This document shows positions 40,188 to 54,489 of a DNA stretch of 64,000 nucleotides, in pieces. A program made the translations under genes and the position numbers. The DNA comes from Stegostoma tigrinum (lineage: Eukaryota): assembly GCF_030684315.1 (NCBI RefSeq), contig NC_081361.1:32043861-32107860 (forward strand), in the 5' to 3' direction. The notes under the pieces were generated by a model. It ran no database searches. It was not told the DNA's origin and worked only from the letters and a program-made list of their open reading frames with translations. Numbering within the stretch: the stretch's first letter is position 1; each line of letters begins with the position of its first letter.

Positions 40188-41215
40188 TAATAAAATGTGA
40201 GGCTGGATGAACACAGCAGGCCAAACAGCATCTCAGGAGCACAAAAGCTGACGTTTCGGGCCTAGACCCTTCATCAGAGAGGGGGATGGGGAGAGGGAAC
40301 TGGAATAAATAGGGAGAGAGGGGGAGACGGACCAACCCTCCCGAACCGGTTCTTCCTCTCACCCATCCCTTCCTCCCACCCCAAGCCGCACCCCCAGCTA
40401 CCTACTAACCTCATCCCACCTCCTTGACCTGTCCGTCTTCCCTGGACTGACCTATCCCCTCCCTACCTCCCCACCTACACCCTCTCCACCTATCTTCTTT
40501 ACTCTCCATCTTCGGTCCGCCTCCCCCTCTCTCCCTATTTATTCCAGTTCCCTCCCCCCATCCCCCTCTCTGATGAAGGGTCTAGGCCCGAAACGTCAGC
40601 TTTTGTGCTCCTGAGATGCTGTTTGGCCTGCTGTGTTCATCCAGCCTCACATTTTATTATCTTGGAATCTCCAGCATCTGCAGTTCCCATTATCTCTGGT
40701 ATCAATGTGGACTTCACCAGTTTCAAAATCTCCCCTTCCCCTACTGCATCCCTAAACCAGCCCAGTTCGTCCCCTCCCCCCACTGCACCACACAACCAGC
40801 CCAGCTCTTCCCCCCCACCCACTGCATCCCAAAACCAGTCCAACCTGTCTCTGCCTCTCTAACCGGTTCTTCCTCTCACCCATCCCTTCCTCCCACCCCA
40901 AGCCGCACCCCCCGCTACCTACTAACCTCATCCCACCTCCTTGACCTGTCCGTCTTCCCTGGACTGACCTATCCCCTCCCTACCTCCCCACCTATACTCT
41001 CCTCTCCACCTATCTTCTTTACTCTCCATCTTTGGTCCGTCTCCCCCTCTCTCCCTATTTATTCCAGTTCCCTCTCCCCATCCCCCTCTCTGATGAAGGG
41101 TCTAGGCCCGAAACGTCAGCTTTTGTGCTCCTGAGATGCTGTTTGGCCTGCTGTGTTCATCCAGCCTCACATTTTATTATCTTGGAATCTCCAGCATCTG
41201 CAGTTCCCATTATCT
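40188..41215 (+). mobile_element. PLE insertion: inverted arm plus partial tandem pLTR copies, 15-bp TSD
   Basis: Inverted arm 40188-40335; forward copies about 40345-40697 and 40698-41215. TSD ctaatctctccctta at 40173-40187 and 41216-41230. Confidence 0.92.
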
Positions 41216-41895
41216 CTAATCTCTCCCTTAGTTCTTTTGATAACCTCACAGCATCTTATTACTGCTTTAACAGAGGAAACAGATTGTGTCTATCTCAAGA
41301 AAAACCTCAATACTTGTGAACTCTTCTGAGTCGCAACAAGTTCATGAAAAGAATCACTCTCTTCCTAGCCAGAAACCCATTTCCTGGATACTGTCAGAAC
41401 GAATCTCTCCCCTACCAACTCAATAAAGCCCAAACACCAGGGATGACAATTTTAGCAACATGATAACCTTCTTCCCTACAGCTCCATACGATAAGCAGTT
41501 AATGCTCAAACCTCAACATCTGTAAACTGTTTTGCCAAACTGACTCACTATCTGGACTGCACAAAGATCAGCATAACCAGCAAACTTTGCAAGCCTTGTT
41601 TTATTCAGCAGTCATACGCTGATCAAGAACAACTCACAAAGTAAACATTCAAAGTAGCATCTCAGACAGCACGTAGATGTTTGAAAAAACAAAATGCTCA
41701 ATCAGGAAAGTACGAAGGCATGCCTAGAGAGACAGCTCGAATTGGGTACAAACTGGAGAATGGATGCAAGCCCAAGAAAGCAAAAGCAAACCATAAAAAT
41801 CCTGAGTTAATTGGAAGTCAGTTAAAAGCAGTGGTCAGTTCAAATAACTTGCCCCCAGTAGGCCCTCTGAATGCACATCTTTCTGGACGATTTCA

Positions 41896-42444
<549 letters not shown>

Positions 42445-42445
<1 letters not shown>

Positions 42446-43093
42446 GGGTATACAGCCCGGGTATAGGGTACACAGTCCGGGTATAGGGCACACAGCTCGG
42501 GTATAGGGCACACAGCCCGGGTATAGGGTACACAGTCCGGGTATAGGGCACACAGCTCGGGTATAGGGCACACAGCCCGGGTATAGGGTACACAGTCCGG
42601 GTATAGGGCACACAGCTCGGGGATAGGGCACACAGCCCGGGGATAGGGCACACAGCTCGGGTATAGGGCACACAGCCCGGGTATACGGGACACAGTCCGG
42701 GGATAGGGCACACAGTCCGGGTATAGGGCACACAGCCCGGGTATGGGGACACAGCCCGGAGATAGGGCACACAGCCCGGGTATAGAGGGCACACAGCCCA
42801 GGGATAAGGCACACAGCCCGGGTATAGAGCACACAGCCCGGGTATAGGGCACACAGTCTGGGTATAGGGCACACAGCCCGGGTATAGGGGACACAGCCTG
42901 GGTATAGGGCACACAGCCCGGAATAGGGCACACAGTCTGGGTATAGGGCATAGAGTCCAGGAATGAGGCACACAGCCCAGAATAGGGCACACTGCCTGGG
43001 AATATGGCACACAGCCCGGGGATAGCGCACACAGTCCGTGAATAGGACTCACAGTTCGGGGATAGGGCACACAACGCGGGAATAGGGCATAGC
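42445..43093. repeat. 20-bp minisatellite (gggtatagggcacacagccc), about 32 copies, with a 60-bp higher-order repeat
   Basis: Directly visible; 42481-42540 is identical to 42541-42600; units degenerate toward 43090. Confidence 0.97.
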
Positions 43094-46000
43094 GCATGAG
43101 CTGGTCATGGAGCTCGAGTGCGAATTTCGGGAGTGGGTCTCAGAGCCTGGGAGCACACCTCCAACAATCTCTGCGCACACTACAAAACACAGATAATTTG
43201 CACAATCTAATCGATTCCGTACGGTGTGATTCCGTGTTATTTTCACTATCGTATTTAACTCGTGGGTAACCAAGTTACTAGAGACAATCTAGTTTACTCG
43301 GCATACTTCTTATTTTGAACGATGTCTCACCACAATACCTCAACAACTGGCCGTTTCTTAATAAAGCTGCAAGTGTTTCGTGTGTTCTGAACATTTACTT
43401 TGCACAATGTGTCAGCGTGGACATATTTCAATTATCTGGGATTTAATCCTCCATAAAATTCCAACGTCTGAATGAGAGGGGCGGAGCATGATCAAACCTG
43501 TTGCAAAATGAATGCATTGCCCTACCCAATTCAGAAAAGAAGTTTATAAAGATCGATTTTAAATAAAAAGAATCTAATGTTTGCCTACAATTGCAGCGTC
43601 ATCAGAATTTTACCCCCGAATGTTCTATGTCGTGCGCGAAAAGTTACATTTAAAGGACGCTGGTCTCATTACGAGTTTTGATTTTCATTTGGTCTCATTT
43701 GCAAGACGTTCCAGCTCAGCTTGTGTTCCAGCCGCAAGAAAATCATTGGTGTCTCGCGTGCATATTTTGGTGTTACGACCGTATCAAATGCATGGCCTGC
43801 CCTGAAGTTAACTGCATATATACTGATGATTTTCAGTTTTGAAAGTTACCATGTGTTGCACTAATTTGCAATCGTATCCAATGCTTTTGTAAAAGCAGAG
43901 ATGACTCAGAAATCACATATGTTTACAAGCCCCTAAAAGGCCTCCAATGAGTTGGATGTGTCCTAAAACTACTACTCTGATGTATATATTTTTTACTGAA
44001 ATTTTATGATACTCTCGCTGCCCTGCTGCAGGAGGAAAGGAAATAAAGCATCACCGATCATTGCTAATTTTACAAGACAACGGTGGCATACTGGTAATGT
44101 CACTGCAGAAACAATCTAGGACCCCAGACGAAGGCTAATGAAAGTTCAACAGAGTTAGTGAATCCGGAATTGCAAGCTCGTGTTTAGAGTGGTGGCAACC
44201 ATTACGTCAAAGACCGAACAGGTAGAGGGGCTCTTCTGACACAGTCGTAGTGTCCCTACCCCTCTGCCACAAAACCTGAGTTAAAAACCCCACGTCCTCC
44301 AGGGCTGTGTCATAACACAGCTGAGCAAGTGAATTCAAAATATCTATTATAGGACGGGTACACCTTCAGTTTGTGGGTCCTAAGGAACAGAATCCATTCT
44401 ACAGAAACTCCATTCCTATTCCAGTTAATTGATCATCTTTTGCAACATCTGGCGCTTTTTTTTAAAGAAAAGAACCATCTGGTTCACTAATGCCCTATAG
44501 GGAAGGTGATCTGCTATCCTTTTATAGTTTGGTCAGTGTATGACTCTACAAGCAATGTGGTCGAGCCTTGTCTATCAAGTCACTTGGTTCAAGGGACAAT
44601 TCGTGATGGATAACATCCCACGAAAGACAAGCTAAATACCTCAAAATAAAGCAAAATCTGTAGGTTTTCAAAGCCAAAAATCAATCGAATGGGTAATTCT
44701 CGTACGACGTTTTCACATCAGGAATTCTGCCATAGTGGTTATTCTGGCCTGGAAGTTACCTGCTGCACGGAGTCAGAAGAACTATCCCTTCTAATATGCA
44801 TTCGCTCGCTATCGTTTGTTGAAAACACTCCCTACCCCTAATTTACCCGTAGTGTGCTCCATTCACGCAAGTTGCGTTTTGCATTCCCTACTCAATGGCA
44901 TCTGGATGCTGAGACAGAAGTGAATCCAGGTTCATATCAAATGACGGTACATTTTTATTTGACGTCTCAAAACTGATTTTGTATTGGAGAATTGGAAGGG
45001 TAAGTAATTTTAAAATGAAACGTAAAAGCATTTTGAGACACATCATGAAATATTAAACTGGGTTAGGGGCTGTAAGAGGCAGTTAGGACAATGATAGGTA
45101 GGAATGGGGGTTATGAGGACTCATTGGTGAAAGGCGAGAATGGGTTGGCATACAAGTGCATATACAGCAAGTGGTGAATGTGTGCGAGGAGGGTGCTGGA
45201 GACAGTCTAATATTTAACACAACAGGATCTATTAACTGTCACATCTTGGGACTTGGCAGCTTCTATCCTCGGAAATAACGTTCCACCCACCATTCTTCCC
45301 TGATTCCGCACATCCACCTAGAGAGCAAACCCCAGGATTCCTCAGCCTGAGAAAAACAGCTGCTGTTGTAACAAGCTGACAAAAAGGACCAATTTTTTGC
45401 TTTAACCACGAAGCGCAATGCCGGTGCGCGCGCACACGCAAACTCCGTGTTTAGCGAGATGAAGTTTTTATGTATTTAAGGACCATAGAATTGCCAGAGA
45501 GTGCTTACACGTGGAAGTCAAATCAATGAGGCTCAGAAGCCTGAGTAATTGGATATTATTTTAAAAGGAAGGGCTGCGGAAAGAGATGGTGTTGGAAGAA
45601 ACCTGGGACTTTACAGAGAAGAATACGTTTCTGCTCCATTACTCGCAGCAACGGAATGTGGCGTTTTTGCTGTGTTAAGAAATCAATGAGGAACGCCTTC
45701 TCCCTAACTGAGTACATTTGTTGCCAAATAACCAATGTTTAGTCAATGTTGAATTTAGTTTGCTTGCTGTTTGAAACATTAAGATGCAATTCTTTGCATT
45801 GGTCACGGAGAAATTCACGTCTCTTTTCAAAAAAAAATCATTGCTCCCAACAGGGATTAGGGTAAACAAGTGTTTAGATTTCATGGAGCAATAATGACAA
45901 TAACTGTTTCCTTCCATTACTAAAAACGAATGGAAAACTTATTTTGTTCTTTCCAAGAAGGGATTGAAGCTAAATTGTATGACAGGTGACCTACTATAAC

Positions 46001-46884
46001 CATTAATGTAACTAATCATTAATGTAGTTAATTTTAGTGATTTAATAATTTGTCCCCAGCATTGATTCATTAACAGTATGGCAAGTCAATCAATTAATCA
46101 GCGTTTCAGATGGTTGGCAAAACCAAAGATTATTATAGGCAACTAATTTAACAAGGGAGTGCACTAGTCAGGTACATTATTGTGGAAATAAAAATCTTAT
46201 ACAGAGGCGTACGTATTGATCCACAGGTGCATGCAGTCACCCTCAGCCACTTCCCGTGCATCTCAAAGATTCACTCAAAGCTTAGTCAAACTATCACAGG
46301 AAAGATTATTACATTAACAAAAACTCAATTTTAAACAGTCTTCTCATTAGTATCAGAACGTTTACACACTGTTACACAGGAAAATAATAGGCTTCTGCAC
46401 AAATTGCGTACGTTCACCGTCACAAGAAGGAACAAAATAAATTAAAATCAGTTCCTCCTAAAACGAAAGTTGTTGTCACTTGTGGTACAACTGGAAAAAT
46501 TTAAAACATGTCATATTACTAAAGATAATAAATTAACTGAAGATCCTAGAGACTTTTGAAATTAACTTACAGTTAAAACAAAAGCAAATAACACATTTAC
46601 CAGGCTTTGTGAATTACAATGGTTTGGGAAAATAACCAGAGCCCCATCACCACACTGTGATGGGGTGCATCAGAAACACACAAATTTGTCACAAACCATA
46701 ATACCTGTAAATAAAAGGTTGAAAAAAGTTGATAAATTAGGATATTGTACTAATTTCACTTAGAATTTTAAATATACAAAAACATTTATAGTACACAGAT
46801 AGGTCGTAAAATAGGATTTATTTTATGAAAGCCACTTGGAGACATTTGTACTGCACTAACTGTCTATAGAACAAAGATCAGATA

Positions 46885-47700
46885 ACTTTGGGCCAACGGG
46901 CAGTGAAATGGCAGATGGGGTTTAAATATATAGATATATATGAGGTGTTTCATTTTGGTAAGGCAAATCAATGCAGAACTCGAACAGCTAATGGTCAGGT
47001 CCTAGGGGGTGCAGGTTCATAACTCCTTGAAAGTGAAGTCCCGGGTAGACAGGATAGTACAGAAGGCATTTGGTATGTTTGCCTTTATTGAGTATAGTGC
47101 ATTGAATATCGGAGTTGAGAGGTCACGTTGCAGCAGTACCAGACAGTATTCAAAAAGCAGCCCAGTCACTGTGTTCAGTTCTGGTCCCACTGCTATAGGA
47201 TGCTGTTAAACTTGAAAGGATGCAGAAAAGATTTACAAGGATGTTGCCAGGTTTGCAGTCTTTGAGCTATAGGGAGCGGCTGAATAGACTGGGGCTATTT
47301 TCCTTTCAGTGTAAGAGGCTGAGGGGTGATCTTACAGAGGATCATAAAATATTGAGGGGCATGCATAGGGTGAATAGGCAAGCTTTTTCCTAGGGCAGGG
47401 GAGTCCAAACTACAGGGCACGGTTTTAAGTTGAGAGGGGAAAGATTTAAAAGGGACCTAAGGGGCAATTCTTTCTTTCATGCAGAGGGTGGTGCATGTAT
47501 GGTGCAAGCTGCCAGAGGAAGTGGTGGAGGCTGGTACAAAAACAAGATGTAAAAGGCATTTGGATGAGTACATAAAAAGGAAGAGTTTAGGGGGATATGG
47601 GTCAAATGCTGGCAAATGGGATGAGATTAATTTAGGATACTGGACAGCCTGGACAAGTTTGACTGAAGCGTCTGTTTTCCTTCTGTACAACTCCATGACT
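46885..47700 (+). mobile_element. CR1/HER1 3' fragment just downstream of the METTL13 stop
   Basis: RLRGDLTE; QRVVHVWCKLPEEVVEAGT; tail. Confidence 0.88.
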
Positions 47701-48091
47701 GTACAATTAGGCATTGAATGAGGACTTCATGACCTGAGTGGCTCAGTGGGTACATGGTACCATTTGAAAAGCCCCTGTGTTAAAAAGATAGGCTCCTTTT
47801 TTTTTAAGAAAAGAAACTAATTGCTTAATATACTATACAAAAGAAATTCTGAAAGAAAACCTCTGTTCTTAATTGCTGACCTTTTTAAAAACAATTTTTC
47901 AACTATCTTGGTTCAAAATTTCCTGATAACCTTTCTCTTCCCGAAATAAAACGGTAAGGCACACCATTTTGTTTTGTTGAGTGCATCATGAACATTTCAG
48001 AGATACATAATATTCTTATTGAATGGCAACAGTCACTGCAAATAATAAACAGAAAAAAATACAAGTATTTAGTCCAGGAGCGTAGGAATCT

Positions 48092-48366
48092 TCACACAAT
48101 TCTAACTGCCTTCAACATTTCTGCAAGATTATATGATGGATCCCAATGTCTGCCAGGTTTCTTCAAAGCATTTTCCAGCATCTGACCTGCCTCAAGAAGA
48201 TCTTTTGATCCGACCTTATGTTCCGTGGACAACTGGCAGTACAAAATTTCATTTACCTCATCCTCAATTTTCTGGAGGTAAACGAGAGGAAATACACCTT
48301 TGATCACTGCCATTACCTTCTCTTTCAGAACATGGTCCCTGCAGACAAGATTCAGAATGAAGAGTC
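48092..48366 (-). CDS. METTL13: METTL13 last coding exon (about exon 8)
   Basis: GLFILNLVCRDHVLKEKVMAVIKGVFP...EDEVNEILYCQL...LAEMLKAVRIV*; acceptor gttgcag|GA, TGA stop at 48094-48092; 275 nt. Confidence 0.95.
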
Positions 48367-50680
48367 CTGCAACATTGAGAATGAAGGCCCGTTAAATATT
48401 AAATATGCATTCTATGCAAGTTATATCTCTTGTTCTCAAATCAGTTATGGTGATAAATTAACGTTCATATTGAGAAGACTAGTCCAATTTTGATACAGCA
48501 CATACTTTCATGGAAATAATGTAAGAAGCATTGGCTGAATGCAGAATGTTTTTCCTCACTTCACACTTGCTTTCTTTTCAGATCACTTTAATCTGTCATG
48601 TTTGTGGCACAAAGGAGCTTGTGGATAACTTTGAGATACAGGGCAGAAGTGTCTATATTTAATTTTGACTCCATGTCATTCACCTGCAGATTCTGCTAGA
48701 TTTTAAAATATATCTGAACTCTTTTCATGATACTAGCAGTAAATGCAGGTACAGTTACATTTAAAAGACATTTGTACAGGTTCATTAATAGGAAAGGCTT
48801 AGAGGGATGAGCCAAATGCAGGCAAGTGGGAACAGTTTAGTTTTGGAAAATTGGTCAGCATGGACAAGTTAGACAGAAGGGTCTGGTTCCATGCTGTCTG
48901 ACTCTAAGGTTCATTTTGGAAAAAGCTCCCAAGCTGATCCGAAACAGTGGGCTCCAAATTCCTTACCTAACCACATAAAATACAGTTTCTTCCTGTCTCC
49001 TCAAATTACCTTGTGGAAAGCAGAACTCACTTAGACAAAAGAGAGAGTTTTGATAAGTTCTTGAGTCAGGACGGGGGTGTGAAGAAGCAGAGAAATTTAA
49101 GGATGGAATGCTAGAGTGTAAGGTCCATGTGTGTGAAGGTATCATTTCCAATGGTTGGCAACCTGCAAGAGGCCAGATATTCAAAACCCTGGAGGGTTTG
49201 GTGAGGGATGAAGGGGGTGAGCAGTCATTGAGGCACAGAACTGGAAATGGTTAGAGATTGGGCAGGGATTTAAACCACAATGAGGAGAATTTTAAATATG
49301 ACCCTCTGGGTGACTGGAAGCCAGTTTCAGGGTACAAAACAGTGGCAAGATATTGTGGCAGGAATCGAAGGTTGGTCATTGTTTCTTTAAAAGAAACTGC
49401 AAATCATGCAGATTTGGCCATTGGAGGAATGAGTGCGTGCGGGTGCTGGTGCCTGACCCCATGCCTGCAGATAATGCTACTATGGGGCACCATATAGTTG
49501 AGGAAAAGGTTGGAATTGGGACAAGCCAATAGAGACTGCTGCTGCAAAGTGGTTCTTGCTGTGTGCAAGATGTTAAAAACAGCAATTAAATAAACAGGCA
49601 GATAATGTTTAATGCAAACTGTTTAGTGTGGCAATTGCTAGCCAGAACACACTTGCTTTTCTTTGTTTAGTATCAAGGGATTTTGTACATTTAAGTGTCT
49701 TAAATGAAAGCCAAGGGTCACGTGAAAATCCACACTTCACCCAACGTAGACCGCCTTCAGTTGTACTCAAGTATCAATCACATCCTGGCAAGGGACTTGA
49801 ACAGACCATCTCTTTATTCAGAGATTAGTGTGCTCCTACTGGGACAAAGTTGGTTCAAACAAACACAACATTTTTGTCTGGCTGGGTAAAAACCTGAGCA
49901 GGTGTGTTGGATGTTCTGAGAGGACATAGAAACATAGAAAATAGGTGGAGGAGTAGGTCATTTGGCTCTTAGAGTCTGCATTACTACTCAAAACAATCAT
50001 GGCTGATCATGAAATATTAGTATTCCATTCCCACCCTCTCCTCATATCCCTTGATCCCTTTATCTCCATGGGCAACGTCTAGCTAATGTCCAACAAAGCA
50101 ACAAAACCTCGCACTCGTACAGGAGTTTCAAGGATAAATCAATATAGGAAAACTGCTGGGATTAAGTTTTAGTGGGCACGGCATTACTTGTTTTCTGGCA
50201 CGCTGCTTAAATACTTTAATGGGAAGTGGACATCAATGGCAAAGCCAATTGTTTTTGTTCATTCCCTAATTGCTCTTGAGCTTTAATGGTTTTCTTGCCT
50301 ATTTCAGGGGGCAGTTAACAGCCAATTACATTGCTACATTTCTGGCATCTCAGATGAACCACACCAGCAAAGTTGGTAGATTTCATCCCTTCAGGACATT
50401 ATTGAACTAGATGTGTTTTTACAACAATGATAGTTGTGTTGATCACTCTTACCTTTGTACTCCAGATTTATGAATTGAATTTAAATTCTGTCAGCTGTTG
50501 TAATGGGATTTGAACTCACGTCCACAAATCATTAGCCTGTGTCCTTGTATTATTGTTGGAGCAAAATTAGCACAATTTCCATGGTGTTCCCAACACAAAT
50601 ACATAAGATATACTTGTTGCACAAATACTGTAAACCTGTGCTTCAATCAATAAAGTTCTTTGAAGGTATAGGTCAATCAC

Positions 50681-50812
50681 CTTGGTGTGCTAGAAGGTTT
50701 CGTACTTTCTGCAGAAATGCATCCTCTACAAATGCTACAGGAGGACAGCTCATTCCCAGAGTGGTGTCTTTGCTATCAACATCAAACATAATAACATCAT
50801 AGGAGACTTTCC
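50681..50812 (-). CDS. METTL13: METTL13 penultimate exon (about exon 7)
   Basis: [33 protein letters not shown]; acceptor ttccacag|GG, donor CAAG|gtgatt; 132 nt. Confidence 0.95.
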
Positions 50813-50841
50813 CTGTGGAAACAAAAGAAACACATTTAGTT

Positions 50842-51070
50842 TTCGGAGATAACACGGTGTGAAGCTGGATGAACACAGCGGGACAAGCAGCATCAGAGGA
50901 GCAGGAAAGCTTAACGTTTCAGGTCAGGACCTTTCCTCAGAAGAAGGGTCCCGACCCAAAGCGTCAAGCTTTCCCTGTTCCTCTGATGCTGCTTGTCCGG
51001 CTGTGTTCATCCAACTTCATACCGTGTTATCTCAGATTCTCCGGCATCGGCAGTTCCTACTATCTCTGTG
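50842..51070. mobile_element. Palindromic PLE-end insertion about 30 nt from a METTL13 splice acceptor, 10-bp TSD
   Basis: TSD acatttagtt at 50832-50841 and 51071-51080; inverted arms of about 90-100 bp; decayed motif at the centre. Confidence 0.85.
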
Positions 51071-51829
51071 ACATTTAGTTGTCAGTCACTTTTCTGTTAT
51101 ATGAACCTGTTAACAGTGGATGCAGGATTGGGATGAATGGAAAACAGTAAGTACACAAACATCTATCAGAAAAATCAGAACTTCTGGCTTTAATTCAAAG
51201 TTCCCAAAGTTTAAAAAGACTTTAGAGGTAATGATACCAGTAAATATAAAATTAAGGAGATCAAGTGCCGTTGCAAATTATTGTAAATGATAACTTCGAA
51301 AATATAACACAATCAAAATCCAACACATTAAAATTTCAATCCCCCTCAACTGATTTAACCATTTGTGGATTATTTCTGGAGTATATATTTGGGCCAGAAC
51401 TATGAAGCAGAGGAAGAGAAAACTACAATAATTACTCACATTTGCTATTTGTGAAAAGCATACGACAGAACTAAGCTAGTGATGCCCTAGATTTGCTAAT
51501 GCAATAAACATAAGAAAGTCACGCTTGGTGCGGCATGTCAGCTCAGAATGTGGATAAAAATACAAGTGGAACAATGGGGTTTGGAGATCAGAAACTAGCT
51601 ATTGTTTCCATCCCCTCACCTAGAAAAATATGAAATATAATATGAAAGGAATAGTTGGAACATAGGACACTTCATTAAATCAATAGTTTCCAAACTCAGA
51701 GGCAAATGAAGCAATCTCAAGGGATAGCGAAACAGATTTGCTCGACATTAAAACGCGGGTGAAGATGTGGCTGACACTGTGATACACCCCATTCCTTGTA
51801 AATATATTTCAGTGTTAAAATTGGCATGA

Positions 51830-53130
51830 CCATTTGAAATAGGAGCAGCTTCTCAAGCCTGCTCTGCCACTCCATCAGATCACCGTTCCAGATTTTATAT
51901 TGCCACCAATCCCAGCAACCCTTAATTTTCCCACATAACCACAATCTATTCACCTCTGCCTTAAAAATACTTGGTGACCCAACTTTCACTGCCTTCTGGG
52001 TCAAGGAGTTCCAAAAAATCACACAACCCTTAGGTTATAAAGATTCTCACCCTGTCCTTAAAAGGTTACTCCCAATTTTTATAACCGTGTGCCTAATTTT
52101 GGACTGAAACACAAGATAAAACATACTTTCCAAGTCTCTCTTGTCAAACCATTCAGAATTTGTAACTTCTTCCAAACAAGCCCAGCTTCTCCAACCTCCC
52201 CTCATAAGACAACCAACTCAGTCTCGGTACCAACCAGTAAACTCCTTCTGCACTGCTTCTAAAGCACCTAGATCCTACTTTAAAAGCAGAGTCCAAACCT
52301 ATACACAGCATTAGAGGCATGGCTTCAAAACCTTGAAAATTGAACATAACAACCTTACTTTGAAAAGATAACATTTCATTAGTCTTCTTGATTACATGCT
52401 GTACCTGAATACTAACTCGTTATGTTCTGTTCACATAATACTTTGCTTTTTCAACCTGCCTGCCAATGTGATTCACTTCCCACATTATACTCTGCCTGCT
52501 AGATTTCTACCCACTCAATCAATCAAGCTATCATTGCCCATCAGCAACTTCCTTACGTCTTCCTCACAACATACTTGTCTTTTTGTAGTCTGCAAATTTA
52601 GGTACCATGCCTTTGTTTCTTTCATCTAAGTCACTGATGTAATTTATAAAATGATGAGACCCAGCACAGATCCCTGTAGAGCTTCAACAACCCCATTCTG
52701 CCAATCAAAGACCTTTATATGCATATTATCTGTTTTCTGACGGCCAGCCAATCTTCAATCCATGCAATTATCCCTACAGCATGAGCTTTTATCTTCTGTA
52801 ATAACGTTTGATGTAGCACTCTATCAAACGCTTATGGAGATCCCAGTACAGTATGTCCACGGACTCCAGATTATCCACAATGCAGGTTACTCCTTCAAAG
52901 AAATACAATAAATCAGTTGGATATGATTTCCCTTCGACAAAACTACGCTCACTCCTCCTAATGACATTTCTCTAAGTGCACAGCTATAATCTCATTAATG
53001 ATGAATTCCAGCACCTTCGCTATGACAAATGTCCATCTAACTGGGAGTTCCTCATTTACTGCCTCCTTCTATTCCTGAACAGAGGGGTTATTTTAGCTAT
53101 TTTCCAACTGGACGGTACCTTTTTAAGATT
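51830..53130 (-). mobile_element. CR1 LINE fragment
   Basis: WNSLTQKAV, LSYEGRLEKLGLF and decayed RT motifs. Confidence 0.75.
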
Positions 53131-54276
53131 CCGAAGGGATTGGACAGGGTCAGCATGGAGACATTGTTTTTCCCTTCTGGGACAGTGTAGGATCCAAGGA
53201 CATAATCTCATTGTAAGGGGTTAAGAGACAAGGAGAATCTCTTTCTCTCAGAGGGTAATGACGGTACAATTCTTTATCACAAAGGGCTGTTGAAGCTGGG
53301 TTGTTAAGATCACTTGACCAAGGGGCAGCGCTCGGAAAGGGAAATTTAGAAAATTAACACCAACACATTCACTACTTCCTCAGAAACCTCTTTTGAGACC
53401 TGAGGATGAAATCCATTTAAACCTGGAGATTGCATTATCTTCATCAATCTTCAAAAAAGTAAAATGACATGGACTTTAAAAAACAAAAGGCAAACTGAAT
53501 GAATCACATTGCAAGTGGTGTAAAGCTGAACAAAATAAAATGGATTCCAGAAAGTGAGCAAGTAAAATAAATTATTCTGTTCCTGGGCCGCTTTCCCGGG
53601 TCAGTTTGTAAGGTTGACGATAAATTCAGATAGATTTAGATACAAAGGGTGAATGCTGATGCAAATGTCCAATCTGGGTGGAGTGGGGTGGGAGGGTTGT
53701 TTGTCAGGCATTGTTGAAGATTTGGAATTCAGAAAATGGCTTCAGCAATTAATTCAACTCTATGGTCTCAAGGATAATAAAATTGCAAAACAGGAGAAAT
53801 TTCTTCAGAGAGTGGTGAATCTTTGGAATTCTCTACCCAAGAAGGCTACGGAGATTAAATAATTGAGCAGGTTTCAGAGAGAAAATCGATACGTTACTGG
53901 AGACAACTGCCATGAAGGAATATGAAGATTGCCATTTTCCTGCACTTTGGAGGAGAAGATCAGCCATTATCTAGAAAGACAGGGCAGACTCGATTGGTTG
54001 AATGGCCTACTCTTGTTTCTATGTTCCGATAAAAAAAACCTCCTGTGATATTAAAGGATGCCATGGCAATCTTTAGCATAATTCAAAATCTTGCTAGTCA
54101 TAAAAAGTGTGCGTGCACATGGTAGGTGTGGGGGTGTATATGCTTTTTAAGAATGGCTACTGAACAAATTTAGGCTATTGTACACTCATTAGCATGGAAG
54201 AAAGGAGGAGTAAGATTAATTAGGGAAGCACAGTGCACTGCTGTACAAACGTTGATCTGCTAGTAGGATTCCTTAC

Positions 54277-54489
54277 CGCTGTCTGCGACCGTATGAATAT
54301 AGCTCAAGCCATCTGCCAGAATCACCTTCATTCGATCATCTTGAGAAAACCCAAACCATGTGGTTGCCACCTCCAACACCATGGGGTCAATTTCAATGGT
54401 GTCAACGGTCGATTGGGAGAAATAGTCATGGATAAATGATGGAAGGCTGCCACCGCCTAGGCCAACCACGAGCAGAGAAAAGGGAGTGT
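54277..54489 (-). CDS. METTL13: METTL13 internal exon (about exon 6), SAM-binding motif I of the C-terminal methyltransferase
   Basis: LLVVGLGGGSLP...IEIDPMVLEVATTWFGFSQDDRMKVILADGL; acceptor ctctttag|AC, donor AGCG|gtaagg; 213 nt. Confidence 0.95.

Noticed and set aside
46642-46665. 9-bp hairpin ccccatcac/gtgatgggg
   Set aside because: Short enough to arise by chance in 64 kb; no supporting context.
46817-46822. METTL13 polyadenylation signal (AATAAA on the minus strand)
   Set aside because: Several candidates exist in AT-rich sequence; cannot be assigned without transcript data.
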